A program made the position numbers and the translations under genes. A stretch of 64,000 bases of DNA from the human T2T-CHM13v2.0 reference genome, Homo sapiens, in NCBI RefSeq assembly GCF_009914755.1, contig NC_060926.1; one strand, given 5' to 3'. Positions 1-16,090 of this stretch are shown one piece after another. The notes below the pieces were generated by a model. That model was not told the DNA's origin. It was given only the letters and a program-made list of their open reading frames with translations, and ran no database searches. Every line of letters starts with the position of its first letter. Position 1 is the first letter of the stretch.

Positions 1-320
1 AAAGCCTAGTTGCTCAATTAGGATGAATGCAGGCTCTATGGAAAGTGAAAGCTAGTTGAAGTGTCAGGTATGAGTGTAAGAGAGGATTTTGGGAGAGATA
101 GCTTGATCAACACAACAGAGATCCATGCAGACACAGGAGGTCCCTCCATGCAAGAGTGTGGGTGTTGCTGCTGAGTCTTCGGAGATGACCCCAAAGGCTA
201 ACAGGATGTAGTCCTGCCATACCTGGAGCTCACGATCTTTGGAGAAGCAACTCAACAGAGTGCAGTCATGCCATGGCCTAATCTCTCAAAGTGTCTGCCA
301 AACTATTAGATTTGTAGGTA

Positions 321-676
321 AGTCATGCATTACTTACCAATGGGAAAATGTACAAAATGAGAAATGTGTTGTTAGGAGACTTCGTTGTTGTGCAAGCATC
401 ATAGAATTTACTGACACAAACCTAGATAGTATAGCCCACTACACACCTAAGCTATACAGTATGGTCTATTGCTCCTAGGCTACAAACATGTTTTTGGTAA
501 CAGCATGCTACTATACTGAATACTGTAGGCAGTAGTAATACAATGGTTTTGTGTATCGAAACATATCTAAACAAAGAAAAGATACAGTAAAACTATGGTA
601 TTATAATCTCATGGGACTACCATTTTATAAGCCGTCCCTCATTGACAGAAACATTGTTATGAAGCACACCACTGTA
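321..676 (-). mobile_element. Tigger3a/MER7-like (TcMar-Tigger) non-autonomous DNA transposon
   Basis: Characteristic acacaaacctagat..tatagcc.actacacaccta.gcta...attgctcctaggctacaaac core; decayed agtcatgc...actgta termini. Confidence 0.75.
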
Positions 677-990
677 TTTTGGAGTCCAGTAGTTGAAGTC
701 AGTAGTTCACATATGGGGTTTGATAAGGTGTGATGTAACATTCTCGGAGGAAGTGGGAGTACATCGCAAGTTCTTATCATAGTAAAACATATGTCACTCA
801 TAGCAAACTATACATGTGTTAGGAATAATTTCAAAGCTGTGCAACAAAAACAGTTCACAATTAAAATAGAAGAATAAACTTCAATTTAAAAATATTATTA
901 CTCAAAAATAGTAAATATTTAATGTATAAAGTAATGAAACAAAACTTACTAAACAAAAATATTACATCTTGCAATTCACACTCCATTTTA

Positions 991-1922
<932 letters not shown>

Positions 1923-2287
1923 CTAAGAAACTAAAAAAAATGCTGATTTGAATCTTTCATTTGCATTATTAAAACTCAACAATTATTATACTTATTGTTT
2001 AGAATGCGTGCCAATATTAAATAAAAAATTGGTGGGGAGGGGAGATAGAGTATTTAATTGTGGACATTCTTTTGCCAGAATTGCCAGAACATGGTGATAA
2101 TCAAAAGCTGACTGACTTTCTGTTGTTTCATCACTGTGTTTAAATTATCAGTAAACAATGCTTCTCATTATTGCCTGTGCCCAGGACTGCCCACTTCCCC
2201 ATACTTGGTACACCACTGGATTGGCAGTGATCCACTGTTGAAAGGAATTGGCAATGATCCACTGGTGAAAGGAAAATTAATGATGCA

Positions 2288-2620
<333 letters not shown>

Positions 2621-2880
2621 CTAAGGCCATATCTCTGAGCAGATGAGAGGGGAAGGGACCCAAGGCGCCAGCAGAGGGGCTGACAGATAAAAGCACAAAC
2701 AGTTCATCCACGGCAATGAGGCAAGACAGAGTCTATGGGTACGGATGAATGCAGGCCTGTCATCTAAGGTGTTCTTTCTTAGTTTCTTTCCCAGAAGTGG
2801 AACAGGGGATTCAGAGACTTTTCACCATCCCAGAGATGGAGGATCCTGTTTCTTTAAGGACTCTTTATTACCGATTTTAA

Positions 2881-3294
<414 letters not shown>

Positions 3295-4179
3295 TAGAGG
3301 TTGCCGTGGATGTCACTGGTATTAATGCTTCAATATCAGCTATACTGACTCAAAAGAGGACATTATTGTGATTTTAGAACTGAGATGATCAATTCCCTCT
3401 AACAGGGAATAAATGGTTAAGGCAGCTCTGATTTGGGAAATACATTTGTGAGCACTCTAGAGTTCAGTTTCTTTTTCTGCTTTTCATCTCTGAGAGAGAC
3501 GCTACAGAGCTGTGAGTGGCCGGGTGGGGGTGGGAGAGGCCGCCCGGGAGCAGTGCTTGTCCTTTTCTGTAGAGTTTTATTTTGATATTTTCACACTGCT
3601 CAGAGAGAATTCCATCCAAAGGTCCTCAAGTGCCATGAAAAGGACAAGGAAAGAGCATCTTTGAACAGTGGCATTGTTAAATGCCAAGAGCCTGCCTCTC
3701 CAGTGGATAATTTTGAGATATTCTGAAACACTTTTCAAAGGCTTTGCCAAGTACTCATTGTGGAAAAGGACACATTCTATATTAAACTCTCACTGGGATC
3801 AGAGATGGCCTTGGGTAAGACTGTGACCTAGACGATGTTTGTAGCCCTCTTTTTCTTGCCTCTTCCTCCATCAGTGATGCTCCAGTCCCTTCCCCCACAC
3901 CTCCTCAAGGCTTTTAGGGTCTCCCCGCCTCCTTCTTTTTGTCTTATACGATTGAGTGCCACGGAAGGGTAGATGTCAGTAACTTAGATCTTGGTGTTCT
4001 TCTGCTGCAGGCTTTTCCAGTGGAGCTACTTATTCCTCCAAACCCCACAGACCTTTAACTGCTTCTCTACCTTCAGTGTGGCTGTCCTCCATCCTCCAGT
4101 CCACCCTTTGTGCTGCAGTCAGGAAGGGACACATTATCTTGCATTTGCTTACCAGTGAGCCTTAGCTTTCACCACAGCT

Positions 4180-4900
4180 TGCCTTATTCTCTACCCTCTA
4201 GCCAAACCAAACAAACTGCTCTCTTTTCCTCAAACCCATCATGTTCTCAAACCCTGCATGTTCTCAAGCCCCAAGTTTTGGCTGATACAGTACCCTCTCC
4301 CTGGAATATTCTTCCTTGCCCCCTTCCTCTGTCTCCTACTCATTCCACAGACCTCAGTTTAGGGGACCAATTCTAAGAAGCCTTCCCTGGCCCTCCCCAT
4401 TCAGGTTAGGTGAACCTCACAGGTATTTTTTTTGGTACTAATCCTGTTATATTGTAATTACTTGCATCTTTTTCTTTTTGCCCACCCTCTTTGGGATTTT
4501 GACTGGGGTGGCTCTGCCCAGTTATTTCTCTTTTTCTGGGAAGAGAACCATCTGCAGGGGTGGTGGTAGGTGATGGTAGGAGCAATGCCAGTGATATGGG
4601 GCTAATCCCCTGGCCAGAGATTACGACCTATGTGTTCAATAAGAAACACTACATGAATGAATGATCGGATAAATTTAGATCAATGCACTACTTTTCTCCC
4701 TATGATAGTTGCATTTTAATCCGTAATTTTCTCCCACATATAGGCTAGAAATTCCATTTTATAAGAGCTTAAGAATAAATTCATATCAATAACTTTTAAT
4801 GAGTGTTTTTCATATTTGAGGTACTATGCTAGGAACTCAAGGGGCATATAAGAATGAATAATACACAGCCTAAGCCCTCAAGAAATTTAAAAATCTATTA
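4180..4900. mobile_element. Degraded L2 fragments
   Basis: L2-like motifs ccctctccctggaatattcttcc, gaagccttccctg, ttcaataa...tgaatgaatga and tactatgctagg...atgaataa; highly diverged. Confidence 0.45.
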
Positions 4901-5129
4901 CACTTATGGTTGCAAATGTCCTTTAAAAAATAAACACATACACATATCCAAGGGGTTGAAAAATATTAAAATATTTGTTTTAAAATTTGATTTAATCTTG
5001 TTTTTGAAAGCTGGTAAAAGTGGAGAGGAAGCACCCTTAGCTTTTTAGCACCTATTGTTTGTCTGGGACTGTGTTTTCTCATTTAATAGCCAGCAACTTA
5101 TGAAGGAAGTGTTACTTTTCTCTCTCTCT

Positions 5130-5439
<310 letters not shown>

Positions 5440-7045
5440 AAGGGGTGTTGTTTCTCATCATGAAATGAAAACATCTCTCTTGTTAAAGGTATCTTGGAAC
5501 GCTTGTGTGGCTGTAGATGGCTTTTTTTCTTGTACTTGAAACAATATCCCGTGCTTAATTTCCTTGACCTGTCCATGTAACAATAAGATGTAACTTCAAA
5601 TGAAAAACATTCACATAAAGAATCATTCACTAGCTCATCCCATGTAAACACATATAAGCAAACACTGACGTTGCCACTTTCAAAGCCAAAAGAAAATGCA
5701 ATCACAAGTAGGGATGATAGTGGTAGGAAAGGGGCCACAGTGGTTTTCTGTGGTGTTTGGATAGAATACAGTGGTTATTGTCTAAAAGTTTTCTGTCTTG
5801 ATGACCCTTTCTTGGTCCTTTGGCTAGAAAAAGCAAGCTTTTTTATGTTTCCTCTCTGACCATTGGTATTTCTGGGTTGCCAGCTTCTCCAGCACCCAAT
5901 CTAGGATATGGGAGGCAAAAAGAAAATCAGAGAACTCACTGCTATGTGGCTGTTGGGATTGCGAGGTCCATAATTGGCCTGCCATATTCTCCTCACTTTT
6001 CAGAGTCTTCTTATGTTTGTTTAGATATATAACATTTTAGCTGTTCATAGCAGAATGAATAGGAAGAAGTGTGTTTATTTTATGTTGTCCCTGCCTCTCC
6101 GAATATTTGAAGCATCTAAGACAACAGAATAGAACAGTCAAGATGCTGCCACTTACCTCTTATAAAATGAGACAAATTAGGAAAAAAGAAAAGCACAGTT
6201 ATCGAGGGAACAAAGCTGGTTGGTTTTCTGCAGGTCATAGCCTTAAGTTCAAATTATTTGTCTTTATCTCCACCTTGTCTAGGTTGGAGAATTAACTGGA
6301 GACAATAAACATTATTGTTGCTAATATTTTATGTACATGTATGATTATATGCATTACGATTAAAGAAATGAAAGTATAACCATTTGTTAGGTAGGAAATT
6401 ACTGAATCCTTATCAAGACCTTGATGAGAATGTTGAAAAAGTAGTGATGAGGAAAATTGTGTTTGAAGTCATCCCACATACTTTTTATGAGTTAATTATA
6501 ATTAGTAATACGTGCACGATATATACATCTCTTGAATATTAAAATATTTTGAAGTAGGCAGTCATATACTCATTAACAGTGTTCCATTGCATTGTGTCAC
6601 ATGGTCACTTTAACTGAAATCTTGTTGGAGTGGGAGGAGGAATTCATCATGGTGGAATAGAATCAGATGTTCAAATAAAGCAAGTTGATTTTGGAGCTGT
6701 ATTAGAAAATTGAAAATGTTACAAAAGTGCAGAGTATAAAATAAATCAGAACTGCCAACACTGTAACCATTTCAAAGTTACAGGGTGAGGCAGAGATTAT
6801 CTGGATTTTCATTTCCTGTAAGATGTAAAGGATGAAACAGGGTCAGAGAAACACCCTGGGTTTAGTGCATTGGTTGCAAAATGTTCAGAAGTTAATTATG
6901 AATATTTGCTGCCTTTAGTCATATGCTCAAATACCAACTTGTATTTTAATCACCAATAAATAATTAGAGTCTATACAATTATTGAAATACTTTGTATTTG
7001 ACTGGAAAGTTTAATACGTAAAAAATAATGGGCTGCCTCTAAAAT

Positions 7046-7349
7046 ATTTTTCTTTCCTTTTTTTCTTTTTTGGGACAGAGTCTCACTTTGTCGCCCAGGC
7101 TGGAGTGCAGTGGCATGATCTTGGCTCATTGCACCTCTGCCTCCCAGGTTCAAGCAATTCTCCTGCCTCAGCCTCCTGAGTAGCTGGGATTACAGGCATG
7201 CACCACCACACCTGGCTAATTTTTTTATTTTTAGTAGAGACGGTTTCACTATGTTGGTAGGCTGGTCTTGAATTCCTGACCTCAGGTGATCTGCCCGCCT
7301 CGGCCTCCCAAAGTGCTGGGATTACAGGGGTGAGCCACTGCTCCCGGCC
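7046..7349 (-). mobile_element. AluSx-like
   Basis: Reverse-complement Alu dimer. Confidence 0.92.
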
Positions 7350-7720
7350 TTTCTTTACATTTTTATCCAACAAAAGGACTTCACAAATATGGCCTTTGCT
7401 CACAATAAGCAAAGTGAAATTATTTCTTTACTTTCAGAAGAGTATCACTAACACCTCCAGGCAAAAGTAGTGAGGACACATGGGGAAGAAAATTAATCTG
7501 ATTATTAAGATTTGCTTAAATGTTGCAAAAACTGGTATTGATTATCAGTAATAAACATATATATTATATATTATGGTCTCTAAACAAAGTAGGAGAAAAA
7601 TGAAAATCTGATGCTCCAAATTGTGTTGGCCAGTTAAGGGGGAGCTTTATGCTTTGGCAGAGGTGTAATTCAAAGGAATAGGTACTTAAAGAAGGACTAA
7701 GTTTTGGCATTTCTTTTTTA

Positions 7721-8041
<321 letters not shown>

Positions 8042-8199
8042 TCATGACTATACTATTCTGCATATTTCATGATAATTTGATAAGCTATCAAACGTAAGTG
8101 TTAAAAGATTCTTTTACATACTTTTCAAATGCTCTTGTGACTGGTGAGGTCACTCAAGACACTTGAGATTACAATGAGGGACAGTCCAATCAGAGAATG

Positions 8200-10491
8200 G
8201 GTGCTGGTTTAGTTATTTCACACTGTGTAACAAATTATCCAAAATGTAACTGCAAATAAAATTACAGATATTCATGATCTCATATAGCTTCTGAGGATCA
8301 GGAATCTAGGAGATGCTTAGAGCGTAGATTTGGTTCAAGATAACTCAAAGATATGTAGTAAAGCTTGTCAGGGCTGCAATCATCTGATAGTTCAACTGGG
8401 GAAGGATCTATTTCCGAACTTACTTATGTGACTGTTTGAGGGTTTCTCATACTTGCTGACTGTGGGCTGGAGTCTCAGTTCCTTGCCAAATAGACCCCTC
8501 CATAAGCTACCTGAGTATCCTCATGACATGACAGCTGGCTTCCTCCAAAATGAGAGAGTGAGCCCAAGAAAGAATCCACAGCTATGAATAACCTTATCTC
8601 AAAGGTGATATGCTACTACTTCTTCTTTTTTTTTTTTATTTTAATTTAATTTTTTTTTTTATTGATCATTCTTGGGTGTTTCTCACAGAGGGGGATTTGG
8701 CAGGGTCATAGGACACTAGTGGAGGGAAGGTCAGCAGACAAACAAGTGAACAAAGGTCTCTGTTTTCCTAGGCAGAGTGTTTGTGTCCCTGGGTACTTGA
8801 GATTAGGGAGTGGTGATGACTCTTAATGAGCATGCTGCCTTCAAGCATCTGTTTAACAAAGCACATCTTGCACCGCCCTTAATCCATTTAACCCTGAGTG
8901 GACACAGCACATGTTTCAGAGAGCACAGGGTTGGGGGTAAGGTCATAGATCAACAGGATCCCAAGGCAGAAGAATTTTTCTTAGTACAGAACAAAATGAA
9001 AAGTCTCCCATGTCTACTTCTTTCTACACAGACACGGCAACCATTCGATTTCTCAATCTTTTCCCCACCTTGCCCCCTTTTCTATTCCAGAAAACTGCCA
9101 TCGTCATCATGGCCCATTCTCAATGAGCTGTTGGGTACACCTCCCAGACGGGGTGGTGGCCGGGCAGAGGGGCTCCTCACTTCCCAGTAGGGGTGGCCGG
9201 GCAGAGGCGCCCCTCAGCTCCCGGACTGGGTGGCTGGCCAGGCGGGGGGCTGACCCCCCCACCTCCCTCCCGGACAGGGCGGCTGGCTGGGCAGAGGGGC
9301 TCCTGGCTGGGCAGAGGGGCTCCTCACTTCCCAGTAGGGGCGGCCGGGCAGAGGCGCCCCTCACCTCCCGGACGGGGCGGCTGGCCGGGCGGGGGGCTGA
9401 GCCCCCCACCTCCCTCCCGGACGGGGCGGCTGCTGGGCGGAGACGCTCCTCACTTCCCAGACGGGGCGGTTGCCAGGCGGAGGGGCTCCTCACTTCTCAG
9501 ACGGGGCGGTTGCCAGGCGGAGGGTCTCCTCACTTCTCAGACGGGGCGGCCTGGCAGAGACGCTCCTCACCTCCCAGACGGGGTCGCGGCCGGGCCGAGG
9601 CCCTCCTCACATCCCAGACGGGGCGGCGGGGCAGAGGCGCTCCCCACATCTCAGACGATGGGCTGCTGGGCAGAGACGCTCCTCACTTCCTAGATGGGAT
9701 GGGGGCCCGGACGAGGTGCTCCTCACTTCCCAGGTGGGATGGCGGCCGGGCAGAGACGCTCCTCACTTTCCAGACTGGGCAGCCAGGCAGAGACGCTCCT
9801 CACTTCCCAGAGGATGGGCAGCCCGGCAGAGACGCTCCTCACTTCCCAGACGGGGTGGCGGCCGGGCAGAGGCTGCAATCTCCGCACTTTGGGAGGCCAA
9901 GGCAGGCGGCTGGGAGGTGGAGGCCGTAGCGAGCCGAGATCACGCCACTGCACTCCAGCCTGGGCACCATTGAGCACTGAATGAATGAGACTCCGTCTGC
10001 AATCCCGGCACCTCGGGAGGCCGAGGCTGGCGGATCACTGGCGGCTAGGAGGTGGAGACCAGTCCAGCCAACACAGCGAAACCCCGTCCCCACCAAAAAA
10101 ACACGAAAACCAGTCAGGCGTGGCGGCGCGCACCTGCAATCGCAGGCACTCGGCAGGCTGAGGCAGGAGAATCAGGCAGGGAGGCTGCAGCGAGCCGAGA
10201 TGGCAGCAGTACAGTCCAGCTTTGGCCCGGCATGAGAGGGAGACCGTGGAAAGGAGAGGGAGAGGGAGACGGGAGAGGGAGAGGGAGACGGGAGAGGGAG
10301 AGGGAGACGGGAGAGGGAGAGGGAGACGGGAGAGGGAGAGGGAGACGGGAGAGGGAGAGGGAGACCTACTTCTTCTTTATTTTAGTGGTAAAATAAACCT
10401 ACCATGGTACAAGGTAGGAGGGGACAACACCAAGTGGTCAATACCAGGAGGCAGGGATCACTGGGGGCCATCTTGAAAACTGGCTACCACA
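8200..10491 (-). mobile_element. MLT1-type (ERVL-MaLR) solo LTR, split by the SVA into about 8200-8628 and 10366-10491
   Basis: Ends ...GGGGGCCATCTTGAAAACTGGCTACCACA (reverse complement of the MLT1F-like start); the left part has the typical tgtgtaacaaatta...gatcaggaatct...cagctggcttcc motifs. Confidence 0.75.
8629..10365 (-). mobile_element. Full-length SVA retrotransposon (about 1.74 kb)
   Basis: Poly(T) 8629-8660, SINE-R about 8661-9140, GC-rich VNTR about 9141-9870, Alu-like domain about 9871-10245, (CCCTCT)n-type head 10253-10365; perfect 13-bp TSD CTACTTCTTCTTT at 8616-8628 and 10366-10378. Confidence 0.97.
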
Positions 10492-11370
10492 GGTCCACGT
10501 GGCAGATTTGCAACTTGGATTTACCTAGAACTTGTGTTAAAGCATACCTCCTCTAGTAGTCATTGCCTGTTATTGGGAAGAAATGACTAGTGACCATTCA
10601 GACAAACTGCAAGGGGCAAATGAAATTTGCTGACATTTCTCTGCTAACATTACATAGCCTCTCCATAACTTGAGTATACTGACTGTACTAAGAAATAACA
10701 ATTCAACTTTTAGTTACACTTTTTATGGGTACCAAGATCCGAGAATAATTTAAAAAATATACATGATCTACGTATAGTTCTGAGAAGGGCAGAATGTGTA
10801 ATAAAGTAAAACAGTATGCTGTCACAGAAAGTTAGGTGATTACCAATCCTAAGCATTTAGAAATAAAGCTTTAAAACCTTCCTATGAAAAAGATGGAAAA
10901 CAAGAGACACTTAGCTTTCTTATTTCCCAGCTTGAATAATTTAATTGGATTTTATAATATCAGTAGGAATCAATGACTGCTTTTAGCTTTCCTACTTTGG
11001 GTGAAAGATAAGTCACTTTGAACACTCCTGGTAGTAAATTGCCAGGTGGAGAGATATGACCATTAAAATGACCATATATAGTTCTTGGCTTTTTGTAAAA
11101 GAAATTTCTAATAGTTTTCAATGTAGGAAAGTTTTCTAAAGGGTATCATATAAATCAGCTACTTGAAACTCACAAACCATAAGGTACCTGACCCAGGCAA
11201 ATCACATACACAGTGGTAGGGGATAAACAGCTCTACTGCACTTACTTGCACAAATAAATAAATAAACAGCCAATTTTAAATATAATAGAGTTTTTAATCA
11301 TCAAATAACGTATCCATCTGGTTAGGTCAAGACCTATTTGCAGGATAGAAAGGCTGTTTAGAAGAGTTGT

Positions 11371-11712
<342 letters not shown>

Positions 11713-11882
11713 CTAATCCTCCAGGTTATCTGTGCTTACATCTTCCCTCAGTCTTAGCTAGGTAAGGTATGCCCCAAGATGCTCTGCCCTTCAGGAGAGA
11801 GAATTATTGTAGGTAGACAGCTGGTGATTTCTGCCTAACTAAGAAAAGGAGATAGGAACGTATTAGCTGCTGACTTTCTTTT

Positions 11883-12180
11883 AGCAGTGGTTTTCCACCT
11901 TGGCTGCATATTAGAATCAGATTTTGCCGAGTGGGATCCAGGCACTAAACTTTTTTTTAAAGCTCCCCGCGTGATTTTAATGTGCACCCAAAATTGAGAC
12001 TCTTTGTCTTAGGTCAGGGGGTCTCATGTCAGCGCCCATTGGAATCACCTGGAGAGCATGTTAAAGTTACAGAATGCTAGGCTCCATCCTCCAGTCTGAT
12101 TCAGGAGGGCTGGGGTGGGACCCATCATTTGCATATTTAACAAGTTCCCAGATGCTGCTGATGCTGCTGTACCACGCTGA
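11883..12180. mobile_element. MER5-type (hAT-Charlie) fragments just upstream of the promoter
   Basis: cagtggttttc.accttggctgcatattagaatca, ggaatcacctggagagc and aacaagttcccag.tgctgctgatgctgctg motifs. Confidence 0.65.
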
Positions 12181-12379
12181 CAAGTCTTAGAAAAATTTGG
12201 CTCTTGTTATATTTTTATACAACAAAAAATGGAGTTCAGCTGTGAGTGGGGTGTAGGGGGAGGAATGAAAATTGGTAAATGCAGAGGACAGATATCACTA
12301 GTCTCCCCTCTTTTCTTTCCCCATCTTCTTCAAAGCTGAAGTTAGACTGAGATCTACCCCTGCATTTCCCCTCCTCGAT

Positions 12380-12770
12380 TTTCATCTTTCACGGATTGAG
12401 GAAACAACCTGTGAACGGCCCAAAGCCGGCTAGACCCAACCTAACCATCCGTTTTAGCGGGTCTCTTTTCTCACACAGGCCGACCGCCTCTCCGCCTTGA
12501 CCCCCACCTCCACTCAAACCCGCTCCATCTATTAACGTTCTCTTCTGCCCAGCCACGCCCCCGGCGTTCTCCGTGGTTGCGCACCTGACGTACATCGTTC
12601 AAAACGTGCCCAGTGTTTCCCTCCGAGGGCACTGCGTGCCGCGCAGGCGCAAAGGGCCAGGTGCTGGAGGTGCTGTCATGGCCTGCCTCAACCCGGTGGT
12701 AAGGAAGACCTCAGGCTCTGTGTAGAGGGAGCGCCCTGGGACTCCGGGTTCACGGCAGCCGAACCCTGCA
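12380..12770 (+). promoter_or_regulatory. GTF2A1L: Small CpG-rich promoter and first exon region of GTF2A1L
   Basis: The only clearly CpG-dense non-repeat stretch in the window. Contains GC/KLF box GCCACGCCCC (12552-12561), CRE-like TGACGTA (12586-12592), TTCAAA (12598-12603) and NRF1-like CGCGCAGGCGCA (12640-12651); no canonical TATAAA. Confidence 0.85.
12678..12698 (+). CDS. GTF2A1L: GTF2A1L (ALF) coding exon 1: MACLNPV
   Basis: ATG at 12678 in context gtcATGG inside a CpG-rich stretch; ATG GCC TGC CTC AAC CCG GTG then donor GTAAGG (phase 0); matches the ALF N-terminus. Confidence 0.96.
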
Positions 12771-13989
12771 CCTTTTGTTTCCCCCTGACACTTTACAGAT
12801 TGTCATAAACCCTCTCTCTTCCTTAGGGGCTGGGGCTCTTCTTCACGTCTGTGTTGGAGGAAGCTGCTGAGGGCCAGTAGTTCAGCAGGAAGTTGGGCCA
12901 GCCCCGCCAAAAGAACAAGTGCCCTTTTTCTCTTTTTACCCAAACTGAGGCTATCTAGTTGGGGTGTTTAGAGGTGGAACTGATCCTCAACCCTGCTGGT
13001 TTCCTAGATACTAGAAAACCTCCAAGTTCGGTTGTGTTAATTTTACCGTGGACATTGTTAATTCCAAGCTGTATTATTTACTGCTTGAAATAACAATGTG
13101 ATATCTCATGTTACCTCCCCACATGTTTTTAGTGTCTTTCACTACCCGCCCATTTCGTTGTCCTTTAACAACTTAATGCTTAAGTGTACAACCTACATTA
13201 CCCTCCTACCTCTAACGGACACTTAATTTGCACAGTGAGAATTTCTAGTCTCAGTGGCACTTAGGAGACCATCAATCTTAAAAACCTGAATCAAAGAACA
13301 AAAATCAAGGATTCATCTTTATTAAGAATTCATCTCAACAGACTTCACATTTCGTGAAAGGCAATGTGCCTGTCCAGATCTGTGTAATTTTATGGGTTCC
13401 GGGTATTATATATGCAGTATAACAGCTCCATTTTTAGAGACATGCTACTTTAATTATATGTGTTTTATGATAGTGCGTTTTAAGATACATAAAATACCTA
13501 TACTCTGCCTGAATATAAGGTTACTATGTATGCCAATTTATCTGATTGTGAATTCTATGAAGGAGTGTCTGTATTTTAAATAGAGGAGTTAAGATGGACT
13601 AGACATAGTTTTAATAACAGGGATGCAATACAAAGTCTGTGGTCATAGAAGAGAAAATATGTTCAATACCTATTTTGATTTTTGAAAAACTGTGTTCTAA
13701 TGGGTACTTTTTGACTACTGCTGTGTTAAGATTTTTTAGACCTAAGAGTTTTTTCCTTCGGTGTTAAGCGTGATCACACTAGCTGGGACTACCACTGAAG
13801 CATCAATTTAGTATGCCTTTATCAGGATAAACTGTTTTAGAAGAAGCACCTAATTTAGGGGCATTTAGTCTTAATGCATGTGCTTGTGAATAACATTATT
13901 TAAATGTTACTGATTGGCCTATTCGTATAGGTTTACCCTGGGTCTTTAGAAGGATTAAAGCATAGCTTTAAATACTAAATACTCTTAGG

Positions 13990-14349
<360 letters not shown>

Positions 14350-15301
14350 TTATTTAGTACTCTTAATGAGTACTGAATAGGGTAGGATGAAAAGGCAATC
14401 CTAGAGTGCCACAATTTTCATTTTGGCGTGATTAAGCAATTTGAAATAAGAGCAACTCAACTAAATTCCTGCTTTGCTGTTTCTTGCCGGTGGAACTTCC
14501 ACTAAGTCAGTATTGTCAGCACATAGCATTGCCATTTTGGCCTGGGGGCATAGTTTATATAGATATGAAGGGCTGAGTTTTTTCACATACCCTCTTTTTT
14601 GTTGCTATAACTAGTGTTTAATCTGGGTAGAAATCTGCTTAATTTCATTGTCATGGCATGTTTGACTAGGAGGTATTTTAGAATGTTATTTGGTCTCTTC
14701 AGTATGCACACTGTGGATGGGTAAGGTTGTTCGTGCCCTTCTTAGGTTCTGGTAGGAAATCCGTTTTGGAACAGGTGTATTTGATAATGGTCCAGAATAT
14801 ATATTTTTTGGACTTTGTGTATTTTGGAAGTGAGATGAGCTTTAATTGCTCTATTTTAAGTGTTTACCCCAGTTTTCTGGCTTGGAGTTTATTTATATTT
14901 GTGGAAATAATATAGTGAACCCTAAAAAATTCTCCTTTGGCCACTTTGATAAAGAGGTAAATTGAAAACAGAAGGTCTATTTCTGGTTGACTTACATTAA
15001 TTTCCCTTTTAAAAGGAGTTGAGGAGGTTAAATACTGACACAAAAGGCAAGTAACATGACAATAACCATGCATCTTTGAGATTATTAGCTCATATGTTAT
15101 TGTAGTTCTGTAATTCAGTCTTGTAGATAGGCTGAGACTATGGGTCTGAAGCTAACACAGTTTATGGAAAGCTAAGACTATATTGGGAATAGGAATGTAC
15201 ATAGTAAAAGTTTTAATGGTGACTTCACAAGACTAGAAGGTATGCACTGCATATCTTTTAAGGCCAAATATGTTCTAACTTGAGAAGTCAGAACTTTAAC
15301 A

Positions 15302-15752
<451 letters not shown>

Positions 15753-15966
15753 GTTTGTAGCCGATACAACTTTTTCTTCCTGTCTTTTGTTGTTTTTTTC
15801 AGCATACAAAACTGATATAGTTCTGATCTCTCAAATTATAGTTTAGTACTTACCCATTCATTGTGCCATCAGGATGACGTTAGTTTTTAAGAAACTGAAA
15901 AAAAGAGAAGTATCATTATATGTGTATATATTTTTTTAAAGTAAACTTTTTTTTTTCCCTCTGCAG

Positions 15967-16090
15967 CTCTGGGAAACCAAGGTTTTGCAGTCTAAAGCAA
16001 CAGAAGACTTCTTCAGAAATAGCATCCAATCACCTCTGTTTACTCTTCAGTTGCCGCACAGCTTGCACCAAACATTGCAATCGTCAACAG
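15967..16090 (+). CDS. GTF2A1L: GTF2A1L exon 3: LWETKVLQSKATEDFFRNSIQSPLFTLQLPHSLHQTLQSST
   Basis: Strong pyrimidine tract plus ctgcAG, donor GTTGGA, 124 nt (phase 0-1); LWE.K..SKA motif of TFIIA alpha. Confidence 0.96.

Noticed and set aside
9141-9870. Repeat-spacer-like appearance reminiscent of a CRISPR array
   Set aside because: It is the SVA VNTR: degenerate tandem units with no unique spacers, in a mammalian genome with no cas genes.
9107-10476. Cluster of long overlapping ORFs (up to 268 aa)
   Set aside because: All lie in the GC-rich SVA VNTR, Alu-like or hexamer domains, which lack stop codons by composition; no protein homology.
12389-12595. 68-aa antisense ORF over the promoter (possible divergent gene)
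   Set aside because: Short GC-rich ORF with no recognisable homology or splice support.
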